A stretch of 64,000 bases of DNA from Candidatus Heimdallarchaeota archaeon (lineage in GTDB: Archaea; Asgardarchaeota; Heimdallarchaeia; Heimdallarchaeales; Heimdallarchaeaceae). This document shows, one piece after another, positions 50,256 to 60,398 of this stretch (the stretch's first letter is position 1; the number at the start of each line of letters is the position of its first letter). The position numbers and the translations under genes are program-made. The stretch covers positions 32,001 to 96,000 of the forward strand of contig JAUVXV010000005.1 in the NCBI GenBank assembly GCA_030603365.1, written 5' to 3'. The notes under the pieces are model-generated. The model was not told where the DNA came from and made no database searches. It saw only the letters and a list, made by a program, of their open reading frames with translations.

Positions 50256-51272
50256 TTACAACTTCTCATGTCTCCTTCTTACTATGATAAATCCTGCAAT
50301 GCAGAAAATACAAACTAATGTTATAACGAAATTGGTGCTTGTTTTATTCATATTTATTTCAGTATCAATTTCTACAACATCAGCTTCTACTGCATAATTG
50401 CCAAACCAGTCTCTCATGGAAACATCAAGAGAGTAGATGCCATCTTGTGTCATACTAATTATACCTGAAAAAGTAAATTCGTCTGATGTCTCTTCTAATA
50501 TTACTATTTTGATGAAAGTTTTCTGGTTATCATCAGAGATGATATAGAGCATTACTGAAACACTATATACTGGACTTTCATCAGCTGTTTCTACTGTAAT
50601 ATTATACTGTTTATCTCCTAATTGTTCAACTGTAATATCGACAAAAGAAGGTGGTGCTTCCTCATAATCTCCTAAAACATCTGCTATTGCATTAACTAAC
50701 TGGATATGGAAACCTGCTTGAGCTGTTACAAATGGTTCATCTATGACAAGAGATGTATCAACATATGTTCCACCTGCAGCTTCTATAACTGGTGCTAGAT
50801 CATCATAAGCTGTAAGTGATGTGCCATTGATGATATCTGCAGCAGCAAAGAGATGAGCACCCCCACAAATGGAAGTCATTAGAAGTCCTGCACTAAAAGC
50901 ATCTTGAATAAGGGTGATAGCTTCGGCACTGTTTGCTCCTTCGGCAATTGTTTTAGCAGCCCAACCACCAGCCATATAAAAAACATCATAATCATTAACA
51001 TCAACTTCTGAGACAGAAATGTCAGTATAAAGCGTTTGACCACCTAAAATTATGGAATCAACAAAACCTGTATAAGTAAAATGACAACCTAAACCAGTAA
51101 ACTAATCAACGACACCATAAAACTCTGTAGCAGTAAGTTCAGGATGGAGTATTGTTAAGACATTAATATCATCCATAGATTCACTGGATACTTTAGTTAG
51201 TTCGTTTGATTTAATGAACAACAGTAATAATATAAATAAGAAAGGAGATAGAATTCTCTTGAATTGTATCAT
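50256..51272 (-). pseudogene. Secreted DJ-1/PfpI-family protein with Ig-like domain and TM anchor, interrupted by an in-frame TAG (51102-51104)
   Basis: Frame from ATG 51272 gives signal peptide + INVLTIL...EFYGVVD*FTGLG...YDVFYMAGG and continues in frame into ORF 50256-50975 with SICGG nucleophile. Confidence 0.7.
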
Positions 51273-51386
51273 TTTAATCGTTAAATTTTACTTAGATGCA
51301 CTTATATTAGTTTTGGATGAATATTCTGCTCCTGTTATTATCACTAATAGCAAAGTGCTAAAATGAAAAAAGAAAAAAAAAGAGAA

Positions 51387-53285
51387 TTAATTTCTTATTC
51401 TTCGGTAGTAGTATATACCTGCTATAAAGGGTAATAAAAGAATCGATAGTATGAAACTGTAATGTATGTGAAATTCTGAAATAATTGGAGGTACATGAGG
51501 TTCTCCCAAAGGATAAGGATCTTCTTCAAACCCCACATAATAATGTCCGGTACCGCTCCAGTCAGACCAATAGTTGCCTTCATTGAGAAGAGAGTCGTAC
51601 CAATTATTGTCATTAGCAGATGTATCACTGTATGCTTGAGAATCACCGTTGATGTTATTGTCTTGAAAAGTATTATGATGAATGGCGTTATATTGAGAAT
51701 TAGTAAGGTAAATACCATAATCTTCGTTCTCTTGGATTAAGTTAAATACTATCTCTGAATGATCAGTTCTAACAATTTCTATCCCATACCCTTCGTATTT
51801 GTAAAAAGTATTGTCGATAACATATGCATGGTCAGCTTCATCTAAAACTAGACCATAGTTCAACTCATTGTAAAGCACAATTCCTGAGTTATCACATATA
51901 TTTTCACTTATACTTGCAGAAAGGCATCTATGAATCTCGATGTCTGTTTGTGAAGTTTGTTCAAAGATGTTTGCGGTAATATATGGAGCATTTGAAAGAT
52001 AGCAGGAGATGGATCTGACACTCCTTAAAAATGTATTATCTCCGATTGTCGCATAATCTGCAGAGTTCAAGTGTAAACCAAAGTAATAATTGTCCTCAAA
52101 ATAATTATATGTCACACCACAATATGGCGATTGTTGGATATTCACTGCATATCTTCCTATTCTTCTGAAGAAATTTTGAGTAATATGAGTATCTGGACTT
52201 TCATAGACAAAAATTGCCTCCAAAGGAAGATCGTGAAAATCTTGATTTGCTATGAGAGTATTAGTACAGTTGATAAGGATAATCTGTCCATAAATAGGAT
52301 AAGAAAGTATTAGATCTTCTTCATGTTTGAAGTAACCCAATAGCTTACTATTAACTTCATTAAATCTGATAGTATAAGACTCATATCCTGCAAGAGTCAG
52401 ATGATAAAGAGACAAACCAGACATGTCAAAGCTGTTATTCTCGATTGTACTCCCATCAGAAAAACTAACATACATACCATATTTCAAACTTCCTAAAAGC
52501 TTAGTACTATCACTACAGATATTATCTACAACTATGCATGATCCAGATACTTGAATAGATATTTCACTATAGACATTTGAACTGCAGAGGTTGTTACTTA
52601 TTGTAGAAGAATTTGATTGTGATACTTTTATACCATAATCACTGTTGATACACGTATTGTTATGGATGATTGATGAGTAACTATTTGCTACATGAATGCC
52701 ATATAACTCACCATTTAAACAAGTGTTGTTAGCTATATAATTTGAATATGAATTTGTTGAAGAAATTCCGGTGTTAAGTCGATATATCCCTTCTAAATCT
52801 GAACTAATGTAATTATTTGTAACATTAGCTTGTTCAGTAGCTATTATATCGATACCATAATCATAAGTGTTGTAACAGATGTTGTTGGTAATTATGGAAG
52901 TGTTTGGTGCTACACTGTTGAGACGTATTCCATTGGTATAATATGAAATATAACAGTCTCTAATAATGAAATAAACAGTTGTATCTCTTATTCGTATTCC
53001 ACTTCCCGTTCCTGATGTAATATTATGGTTTTCAATAATATAAGGGTCATCAATTGCACCTATTCCTGGAAAACTGAAACTAGCAAAGTGAGTATCGTTG
53101 TCAACGATAATTGATTCTCGTTCAACATAATTTGTTTTGACAGGTACTAAAGTAGAATTCTCTGAAAGCTTAGCATGGACTATTGGAGTCTTAATTGTAA
53201 TGATTGAGGTTATTAGTAATGGGCATAGAATTATACAAATGAACTTCAATTTTTTGAATTTTGTAATTTTAGCCATATTTTTCAC
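51387..53285 (-). CDS. NosD/CASH beta-helix surface protein
   Basis: GIGAIDDPYIIEN, many N-rich repeats, EGNYWSDWSG, ISEF-TM-RRIR. Confidence 0.85.
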   Translation of the reverse strand: MKNMAKITKFKKLKFICIILCPLLITSIITIKTPIVHAKLSENSTLVPVKTNYVERESIIVDNDTHFASFSFPGIGAIDDPYIIENHNITSGTGSGIRIRDTTVYFIIRDCYISYYTNGIRLNSVAPNTSIITNNICYNTYDYGIDIIATEQANVTNNYISSDLEGIYRLNTGISSTNSYSNYIANNTCLNGELYGIHVANSYSSIIHNNTCINSDYGIKVSQSNSSTISNNLCSSNVYSEISIQVSGSCIVVDNICSDSTKLLGSLKYGMYVSFSDGSTIENNSFDMSGLSLYHLTLAGYESYTIRFNEVNSKLLGYFKHEEDLILSYPIYGQIILINCTNTLIANQDFHDLPLEAIFVYESPDTHITQNFFRRIGRYAVNIQQSPYCGVTYNYFEDNYYFGLHLNSADYATIGDNTFLRSVRSISCYLSNAPYITANIFEQTSQTDIEIHRCLSASISENICDNSGIVLYNELNYGLVLDEADHAYVIDNTFYKYEGYGIEIVRTDHSEIVFNLIQENEDYGIYLTNSQYNAIHHNTFQDNNINGDSQAYSDTSANDNNWYDSLLNEGNYWSDWSGTGHYYVGFEEDPYPLGEPHVPPIISEFHIHYSFILSILLLPFIAGIYYYRRIRN

Positions 53286-53395
53286 CTAGTTAATGAATCA
53301 TGTACAATTAAATCTAGATTTAATAAACTTTATCTGGAAACTAGGAATATTAGAAAACAATAATCCTAAAATAGTCTTTCTTCATATTTTGAGTT

Positions 53396-53824
53396 ATGCC
53401 AAGTAAACCTACATATCCGATGACATTCTTAAGAACTAATAATCTAGATGAAACCCGAAATTTCTATGAGGAGGTTCTTAATTTTCCCGTCGCTTTAGAG
53501 CAAAGTGGATGTATCATTTTCAGAATTGGTAATTATGGTTATTGGGGTTTTTGTGAGACAGACAAAGAAATCTCTGATCCAGGACAAGTTTGCTTAACAG
53601 TTGTTGTAGAAAAGAGAGAAGAAGTTGATGAATGGCATAAGCATCTAGTTGCTAGTAAGGTTAAACTACATCGCGAACCTCAAGAAACCTCTCAATACAA
53701 AATCTATAATGGGTTCTATGTTGATCCAACTGGTTATACAATCGAAATCCAAGCTTTTGATAAAGAAGGACAACCTGTTGGTCATGATGATTTCCATACA
53801 ATTTGTCAGTGTGAACACAAATGA
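53396..53824 (+). CDS. VOC/glyoxalase family protein
   Basis: NLDETRNFYEEVL...DPTGYTIEIQ; similar to the 23363 protein. Confidence 0.85.
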   Translation: MPSKPTYPMTFLRTNNLDETRNFYEEVLNFPVALEQSGCIIFRIGNYGYWGFCETDKEISDPGQVCLTVVVEKREEVDEWHKHLVASKVKLHREPQETSQYKIYNGFYVDPTGYTIEIQAFDKEGQPVGHDDFHTICQCEHK

Positions 53825-54219
53825 GAAGAGTAACTGGGATAGGGGGAGTTTTTTTTAGATCAGAAAATCCAGAAAAATTACAAGAGTGGTATATTAAATA
53901 CCTTGGAGTTCCTTTTGTAACTGCTGGTTCTGAGAAATTCATCATTTTTCATTGGAAAGAACAAATGAAGAATGAGAAGAACGGTTATACTCTCTGGGGA
54001 CCTATGTCAAATGACCATATATATTTCAAAGAATACAAGAAAGATGTCATGTTCAATTTTACTGTAGATAACCTAGATGAACTTCTTAAGGTTCTGAGAG
54101 ACGAAGGTGTACATGTTTTTGAAGAAATAGAAGAACATCAAGAAGGACGGTTTGGGTGGATTTTGGATCCAGAAAGAAATAAAGTAGAGTTATGGGAACC
54201 TCCTAAAAAGGAGACATAA
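53821..54219 (+). CDS. VOC/glyoxalase family protein
   Basis: RVTGIGGVFFRS, FNFTVDNLD, GRFGWILDPERNKVELWEP; ATGA overlap. Confidence 0.88.
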   Translation: MRRVTGIGGVFFRSENPEKLQEWYIKYLGVPFVTAGSEKFIIFHWKEQMKNEKNGYTLWGPMSNDHIYFKEYKKDVMFNFTVDNLDELLKVLRDEGVHVFEEIEEHQEGRFGWILDPERNKVELWEPPKKET

Positions 54220-54237
54220 AAATTGAAAAGAAGAGAA

Positions 54238-55878
54238 TTAACTTCTTCTTCTTCTTCTTCTAATTACTATTAGAAATATAGCTGGAATAACTGTCACTAT
54301 TAATAAGATGGATCTGTTATTCTTGAATTCTATAATAACAATTACTGGTGCTCCTAATGGGTAAAGATCTGTTGAATTTGCAATACCTTCAATTGTATAA
54401 TTTCCAATTCCTGACCAGTCAGACCAGAAATTTCCTTCATTTGTACTTATGTCATACCATGTGTTATTGATTCCATCATCAATTCCAGTACAATCTTGAA
54501 AGTTATTATGATGAACTAAATTGTACGAACAGGGGTTGTTTAGTACAACACCATAGTATAGATTTTGAAAGTGGTTGTGGTGAATAAGTGAATAGTGAGA
54601 GTTGTATAGTAGAATTCCATCTAATCCAGAAATAAAAGTATTATTTACAAACGTTGCATTATTAGTGTTGTAAAAAACAACTTGCGTGTCACTATCTTGG
54701 AATAGATTTTCTTCCAAATTTAATAGAGAACATCCAGTAATGTAAAGATTATGAAATTTGATATCATCAAAACGATTATTCGAAATGGTGATATTGTAAC
54801 TGTCAACAACAAAAATTCCTCTGACAACATCTTTCATTAAATGGTTTCTTATTATTGTATTGGAACAATTGTACAGTAATATTTGACTGAAATCATCAGA
54901 AGTCAGAATTAGATCTGATCTATCGACAAAATATCCATATTCCTTTCCATTCACAGTGTTATTTTGCATGGTATAGTCTCTATGTGCAGCATGAGGAACT
55001 GATAAGCTAAATATACTAATACCACCTCCATTGATTACATTATTAGTAACATTGGAAATTGAAGCAAATAAGCTAATTCCATCGTATACACAATTATCTA
55101 TTGTGTTCAGATAGATGAGATTATTAGGGGAATAAGTAATATAAATTCCTTGATCCATATCATCAAAGTAATTGTTATTAATCGTAGTATTTGAACTAGA
55201 TTCTATCTTTATACCCATATTTTGGTGTTCAAACACATTTTCTGAAAGAACTGTGTGCGCTGAATATTCTGTTCTGATTGAAACTCTATGAATCTCTACA
55301 GCATCACCATTTAGAAGATTTTTGTTAATTTCTGTGTACTCACAGTTTCCAAGCCATATGTCATATGAAGTATAAATACTCCCAATATCATAGAAAGAAT
55401 TGTTCACGAGTGAGATATAATCAGAATCAGTTATCATAATTCCATAAGTCATATGAGGTCCATTGATTCCTTCAATCTTATTGTGAGCTATTGTGGCTGA
55501 ATGGGGTGAGATGTTGTGAATTTCAATTCCAATCATATTGCTAGATATAAAACAGTTTAGGATAGAGAAATATTTGGTTGTATCATATATGGATATAGAT
55601 ATACTTTCATTGGTAATTATACTTAGAGAATCAATTAAGAAAGGATTAGAAATTGATCCATTTCCTAGAAAACCATAATCGGTGAAGTTATCATCGTGCA
55701 TAATTTCAATTGGAAGATGCGGTGTTAAAGAATTGAATTTAATGTTTTCTTTTCCGTTGCTATCTAAACCGAGAGTGCTTTTAAAATCAGTGATGGAAAT
55801 TGCAAAGAAAAAACATAAAAGAATCAAACAGGTATAAGTTTTATTTCTTTTCATAATTATCACCTTCATGTGAATCAT
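54238..55878 (-). CDS. NosD/CASH beta-helix surface protein
   Basis: GNGSISNPFLID, HHNNF, EGNFWSDWSG, DLYPL, IIEF-TM-RRRRR. Confidence 0.85.
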   Translation of the reverse strand: MIHMKVIIMKRNKTYTCLILLCFFFAISITDFKSTLGLDSNGKENIKFNSLTPHLPIEIMHDDNFTDYGFLGNGSISNPFLIDSLSIITNESISISIYDTTKYFSILNCFISSNMIGIEIHNISPHSATIAHNKIEGINGPHMTYGIMITDSDYISLVNNSFYDIGSIYTSYDIWLGNCEYTEINKNLLNGDAVEIHRVSIRTEYSAHTVLSENVFEHQNMGIKIESSSNTTINNNYFDDMDQGIYITYSPNNLIYLNTIDNCVYDGISLFASISNVTNNVINGGGISIFSLSVPHAAHRDYTMQNNTVNGKEYGYFVDRSDLILTSDDFSQILLYNCSNTIIRNHLMKDVVRGIFVVDSYNITISNNRFDDIKFHNLYITGCSLLNLEENLFQDSDTQVVFYNTNNATFVNNTFISGLDGILLYNSHYSLIHHNHFQNLYYGVVLNNPCSYNLVHHNNFQDCTGIDDGINNTWYDISTNEGNFWSDWSGIGNYTIEGIANSTDLYPLGAPVIVIIEFKNNRSILLIVTVIPAIFLIVIRRRRRRS

Positions 55879-56092
55879 CTAACATTCATTTAGTAGAATT
55901 TAAGATTTGTTGACAGCCTTATAAATCCCAATCATCATCTTTTTCCAATGGAACTACTCATGACTTTTGGAATAAATTTAAATTGGTTCATTTTTCCTTT
56001 ATCCAAAGGTGTAATTAAAGTTCAAGTATTACCCTATTCTTCTATCTTTTGTGGGGTTTATATAAGCAAAACAAATTAAGTTAGAGAAAGAA

Positions 56093-57343
56093 ATGGCTAG
56101 AGAAGTGTGGAGGACAGAAGTGATGGAAACTACTCCCCACACTGCACTCGACCTTCTCTGTCATCAAACCAAGAACCTCTATAATAGGGCAATGTATGTA
56201 TTCAAACAACATTATACTCAAACAAAACATTGGCTGTCGTATCAGCAATTAAACAGGCAGCTGAAACAAGAGCCGTGCTACAGAATCTTGCCAGTTCATA
56301 CAGCCCAACACACCCTCAAGCTCCTCTCCCGCAACTGGAATGGATTTGGGAGGGCAATTAGGGAATTTCACAGCAATCCTCAAGCATTCCTTGGTAAACC
56401 CCGTCCTCCAGGATATAGGCCGAAGAATGGCCAACAAGTAGCGATTTTTACTAACCAACAAGCTAAGTTAAGGGATAATAGGTTACTTTTACCCAAGAAA
56501 GTTCCGTTTTCTATCAAAACTCGCTTACCAGACCATGTGAAACTTAAGGAAGTGCGTGTTGTCCCTCGAGGGGTAGGGTATACAATCGAGCTAGTTTATA
56601 GTAAGCTTGTTCCAGAAGTAGAGGTGCAAGGAACAAACATAGGAGCGATAGACCTAGGAGTCCACAACCTTCTCACTTATGTAGACAACATCCAGGGAAG
56701 ACCGATTGTTGTCAAGGATGAAGGAAAAGGGATCAAATCTACTATCAGGTACTATTTGAAAGAAATCAAGAAATTGCAAAACAAGTATGCACAGCAACAA
56801 AGATTAGCATTGAAACAACAGAACAGATTAGAGTACGGACAACGATTTCGCCACCTTCGTGAAATAAAACGTAGACTAGTGAAAGAGTGGATCCATCAGA
56901 TGAGTAGGAAGTTTGTCCAGCTTTGGGTACAAACAGGAATCCAACACGTATATATAGGATATAACCCCCTCTGGAAACAACAAGTGAAGTTAAGGAAGAA
57001 GACCACCCAGATGTTTGTTATCCTCCCGTTTGACCGATTTATCCACGCGCTCAAATACAAGGCTGAAGAGCATGGAATCATTGTTGAAAGGGTAGAAGAA
57101 TCTTACACTTCCAAGTGTAGTTTTCTAGATAATGAATCCCCTCAAAAGCATTCTACTTACCAAGGACGAAGACCCAAACGAGGGTTGTTCAAATCTGCAA
57201 CAGGCGTACTCATCAATGCTGATGTGAATGGGGCATACAATATTTTACTCAAAGGCGATCCGCAAGCACTACCTTCTTGTAGTGTGGGCGGGGTAGGAGG
57301 ATATGTGATTTATCCGCTTAGATGGAGTTTCGAGCTTTATTAA
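56093..57343 (+). mobile_element. tnpB: TnpB RNA-guided nuclease gene of a non-autonomous IS200/IS605/IS607-type element
   Basis: KNLYNRA, PRPPGY, GAIDLGVHNL (RuvC-I), YIGYN..WKQ, LKYKAEEHGI, EESYTSK, NADVNGAYNI (RuvC-III); visibly higher GC than flanks; no tnpA; element ends not resolved. Confidence 0.9.
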
Positions 57344-57385
57344 ATCTAAGGAAAAGGTTTTAACGAACAACGAAAAAATCTAATC

Positions 57386-59572
57386 ATGGTTATTAAGGAA
57401 TTCAAATATGACGTTCCTATATTAGATAAGGGATATGCAAACAAATCTCTATACATCAATCTTGATACATATGAAATAAGAATAGATGATGTAACTGAAG
57501 AAATGAAAGAGAAGTTCATTGGTGGTAAAGGTTTCGACCTTTATATGATGTGGAAACACTTGCCAAAAGATAAAAAAACAAAATGGGATGACCCAGAAAA
57601 TGTTCTTTGTATCGCAGCAGGTGCTTTGGGCGGAACAACTAACTTCCCTGGTTCTGGGAAAAGCATAGTAACAGCTGTTTCTCCTCTTACTGATATCATT
57701 ATTGACTCAAATGTTGGTGGTTATTTCGGTCCTTATCTGAAATACTCTGGATTCGATGTTCTAGCTATCCAAGGAAAATCAGATAAGGAAATTTATATTT
57801 ACATTGATGGAGAAGAAGGAAGAATAGTTATCGAAGATGCTGAGGACTTATCATCTGAAACCTACCAGTTAGGTACTATTCTAACAGACAAATATTGCGG
57901 AGAAGAAAAATTCAAACGAGATGTTTCTGTAGTTTCCGCTGGTCCAGGAGCAGAGAACACCCGTTGGGGTTGTCTGAATTTTAGTTATTATGATACCCGA
58001 AGAGGATATGCAAGATACAAGCAAGCTGGACGTGGGGGAACAGGTTCTGTTTTCCGAAATAAGAAACTTAAGGCACTCGTTGTTAAGAAACTCAAAGTGG
58101 TTACAAGAGGTAATAATCCAGCTGATCCTGAAGCTCTAAAAGAGATAGGTAAGAAGCACACACAAGAAATGATACAACTCGATCCCAAACAGAATGAAAT
58201 GAGGATGGTAGGTACAACTCATCTGGTTACAATAATGAACGATTATGATTTATTACCAACTAAAAACTTCAAGTATGGAAGTGATCCTCAAGCTGATAAA
58301 ATTGGTGCAGAAGTTTATCGTAATCTGTTCGAAAAAGGACCAGATCCATGTTGGAAAGGATGTGCGGTCGCTTGCACACACGGTGTAAAGGAATTTGTCC
58401 CTAAAACTGGTCCCTACAAAGGTCAGAAAGTATCAGTTGATGGTCCAGAATATGAAACTATTGGAGGAGTAGGTTCCAATTGGTATGTATGGGATCCTGA
58501 AGCGGTAATTGAGACAAACTTCTATTGTGATACTTACGGTCTAGATACAATTGGTATTGGAACAGGAATAGCTTTTGTTATGGAATGTTATGAATGTGGA
58601 ATTCTAGACAAAGAGAAAACTGGTGGTTTAGAATTAAATTTTGGAAATCAAGAAGCTGCAATGGAACTCATTCATCAAATGGCTAGAGGAGAAGGTTTTG
58701 GGGTCATAGTTGGTCAAGGAGTAAGAAGGATGAAGAAATACTTTGCTGAGAACTTTGGAGCTGATATTAACTTCCTTAACGACATAGGGATGGAATCAAA
58801 AGGCTTGGAATTCAGCGAATATATGACCAAAGAGTCTCTGGCTCAACAAGGTGGATATGGTTTTGCACTCAAAGGTGCACAACATGATGAAGCATGGTTG
58901 ATCTTTGAGGACATGGTCAGAGGTAATCTCCCAACATTCGAGAAAAAGGCAGAAGCTTTACATTGGTTCCCAATGTGGAGAACATCATTCGGATTACTTG
59001 GTTTGTGTAAGCTTCCATGGAATGACATAATACCAGAAGATAATCGAGAATTCGCCGAAGGAAAGATACGCAAAGAAGGTAGTTATGTTCCAGATGATTT
59101 AGCAGATCCTGCAAAAATTCCAGAACATGTCCAGAATTATGTTCAGTACTATAATGCTGTCACTGGAAGAGAAATAGACTCTGTAGAATATATCCGAATG
59201 AGTGAAAGAGTGTATAATTTTCAGAGAACTCTGAATCTGATGTTGATTCCTGATGGAACAACTTACAGAGAAATGGATACTATTCCTTACAGAGCTATGG
59301 GTCCTGTTACAGCAGAAGAATACCTTTCGAGAGAACAAGAGTATTATCTTAAACAGCTTAAAGACGAAATTGGTTTAAATCCGGATGGAATGAGTGTAAA
59401 AGAGAAAATGGGTGCTATTCGCAAACATCGTGAAGAAGCTTATAATAAACTAAAGGATACAGTTTATGAACGCAGAGGATGGACTAAGAACGGTGTTCCA
59501 ACAGTTAGGAAAATAAAAGAATTAGGGATGGATTTTCCTGAGATTATTGAATTAGTAGAACAACATCAATAA
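57386..59572 (+). CDS. Tungsten-containing aldehyde:ferredoxin oxidoreductase family protein
   Basis: FIGGKG, SPLT..IIDSNVGGYFG, QAGRGG.G...KKLKA, CWKGCAVAC, GPEYET, CDTYGLDTI, RGW..NGVPT. Confidence 0.92.
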   Translation: MVIKEFKYDVPILDKGYANKSLYINLDTYEIRIDDVTEEMKEKFIGGKGFDLYMMWKHLPKDKKTKWDDPENVLCIAAGALGGTTNFPGSGKSIVTAVSPLTDIIIDSNVGGYFGPYLKYSGFDVLAIQGKSDKEIYIYIDGEEGRIVIEDAEDLSSETYQLGTILTDKYCGEEKFKRDVSVVSAGPGAENTRWGCLNFSYYDTRRGYARYKQAGRGGTGSVFRNKKLKALVVKKLKVVTRGNNPADPEALKEIGKKHTQEMIQLDPKQNEMRMVGTTHLVTIMNDYDLLPTKNFKYGSDPQADKIGAEVYRNLFEKGPDPCWKGCAVACTHGVKEFVPKTGPYKGQKVSVDGPEYETIGGVGSNWYVWDPEAVIETNFYCDTYGLDTIGIGTGIAFVMECYECGILDKEKTGGLELNFGNQEAAMELIHQMARGEGFGVIVGQGVRRMKKYFAENFGADINFLNDIGMESKGLEFSEYMTKESLAQQGGYGFALKGAQHDEAWLIFEDMVRGNLPTFEKKAEALHWFPMWRTSFGLLGLCKLPWNDIIPEDNREFAEGKIRKEGSYVPDDLADPAKIPEHVQNYVQYYNAVTGREIDSVEYIRMSERVYNFQRTLNLMLIPDGTTYREMDTIPYRAMGPVTAEEYLSREQEYYLKQLKDEIGLNPDGMSVKEKMGAIRKHREEAYNKLKDTVYERRGWTKNGVPTVRKIKELGMDFPEIIELVEQHQ

Positions 59573-59737
59573 TCACTTCTTTTTCTATATTTTTTACCTA
59601 TAATTTGGCTGATTAATCTACTAGGAATATCCTAAACGTTAAATACTTCGTTCATAGTATTGTTTGAACAATACTGTATTTGGGGTTCATAAAAATATTC
59701 TCTGCAGTATCTGTTCTCTATTGAAAGGGGTCAGAAA

Positions 59738-60292
59738 ATGAGTATGTTTGCATCTTTGTTTTCAAGAACAAAACAGGAGAAAAAAGCTAAAGTTCTAATT
59801 CTAGGTTTAGCAGCAGCTGGAAAAACAACCTTAACAAAATATCTGCGTTATGGGGAATTTCAAAGTGACTCTATACCTACTATAGGACAGAATATAGATT
59901 CTTTGGAATTTGAAGGGTGGAAGATTACAACCATAGATGTTGCTGGACAACAGGATTTCCGATTTTTATGGGATGTACATTATCCAGGCACTTCAGCAGT
60001 GATATTTGTTATTGATGCAGCTGATGTGGAGACTTTGCCTGAGGCACGTGATATACTCAGAAAACATGTTTTTAACAATCCTCAACTAGATGATGTGCCA
60101 GTATTGGTTATTGCCAATAAACAGGATTTAGATGGTGCTGTTGAAGCTCCATTGCTGATACAATTATTAGGGTTACACATAGATATGCCTGACAGAACCT
60201 TTGCAGTTTTTGATGCAAGCATACTTTATGGCAGAGGAATAATTGAATCTTTTAGTTGGGTAGTTAATCAATTAGAAATAGAAGATAAGTAG
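59738..60292 (+). CDS. Arf-family small GTPase
   Basis: N-terminal amphipathic MFASLFS, GLAAAGKTT, PTIGQN, DVAGQ..FRFLW..HY, NKQD. Confidence 0.88.
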   Translation: MSMFASLFSRTKQEKKAKVLILGLAAAGKTTLTKYLRYGEFQSDSIPTIGQNIDSLEFEGWKITTIDVAGQQDFRFLWDVHYPGTSAVIFVIDAADVETLPEARDILRKHVFNNPQLDDVPVLVIANKQDLDGAVEAPLLIQLLGLHIDMPDRTFAVFDASILYGRGIIESFSWVVNQLEIEDK

Positions 60293-60398
60293 ATTTTATC
60301 AACTATTTACATTTACTTGCTTTTCTTCAATTAGTATAGATTTATTAATGTACAAGATTTCAATATGTCAGTGAAATTCAAGTCATTATAGTGGTATT

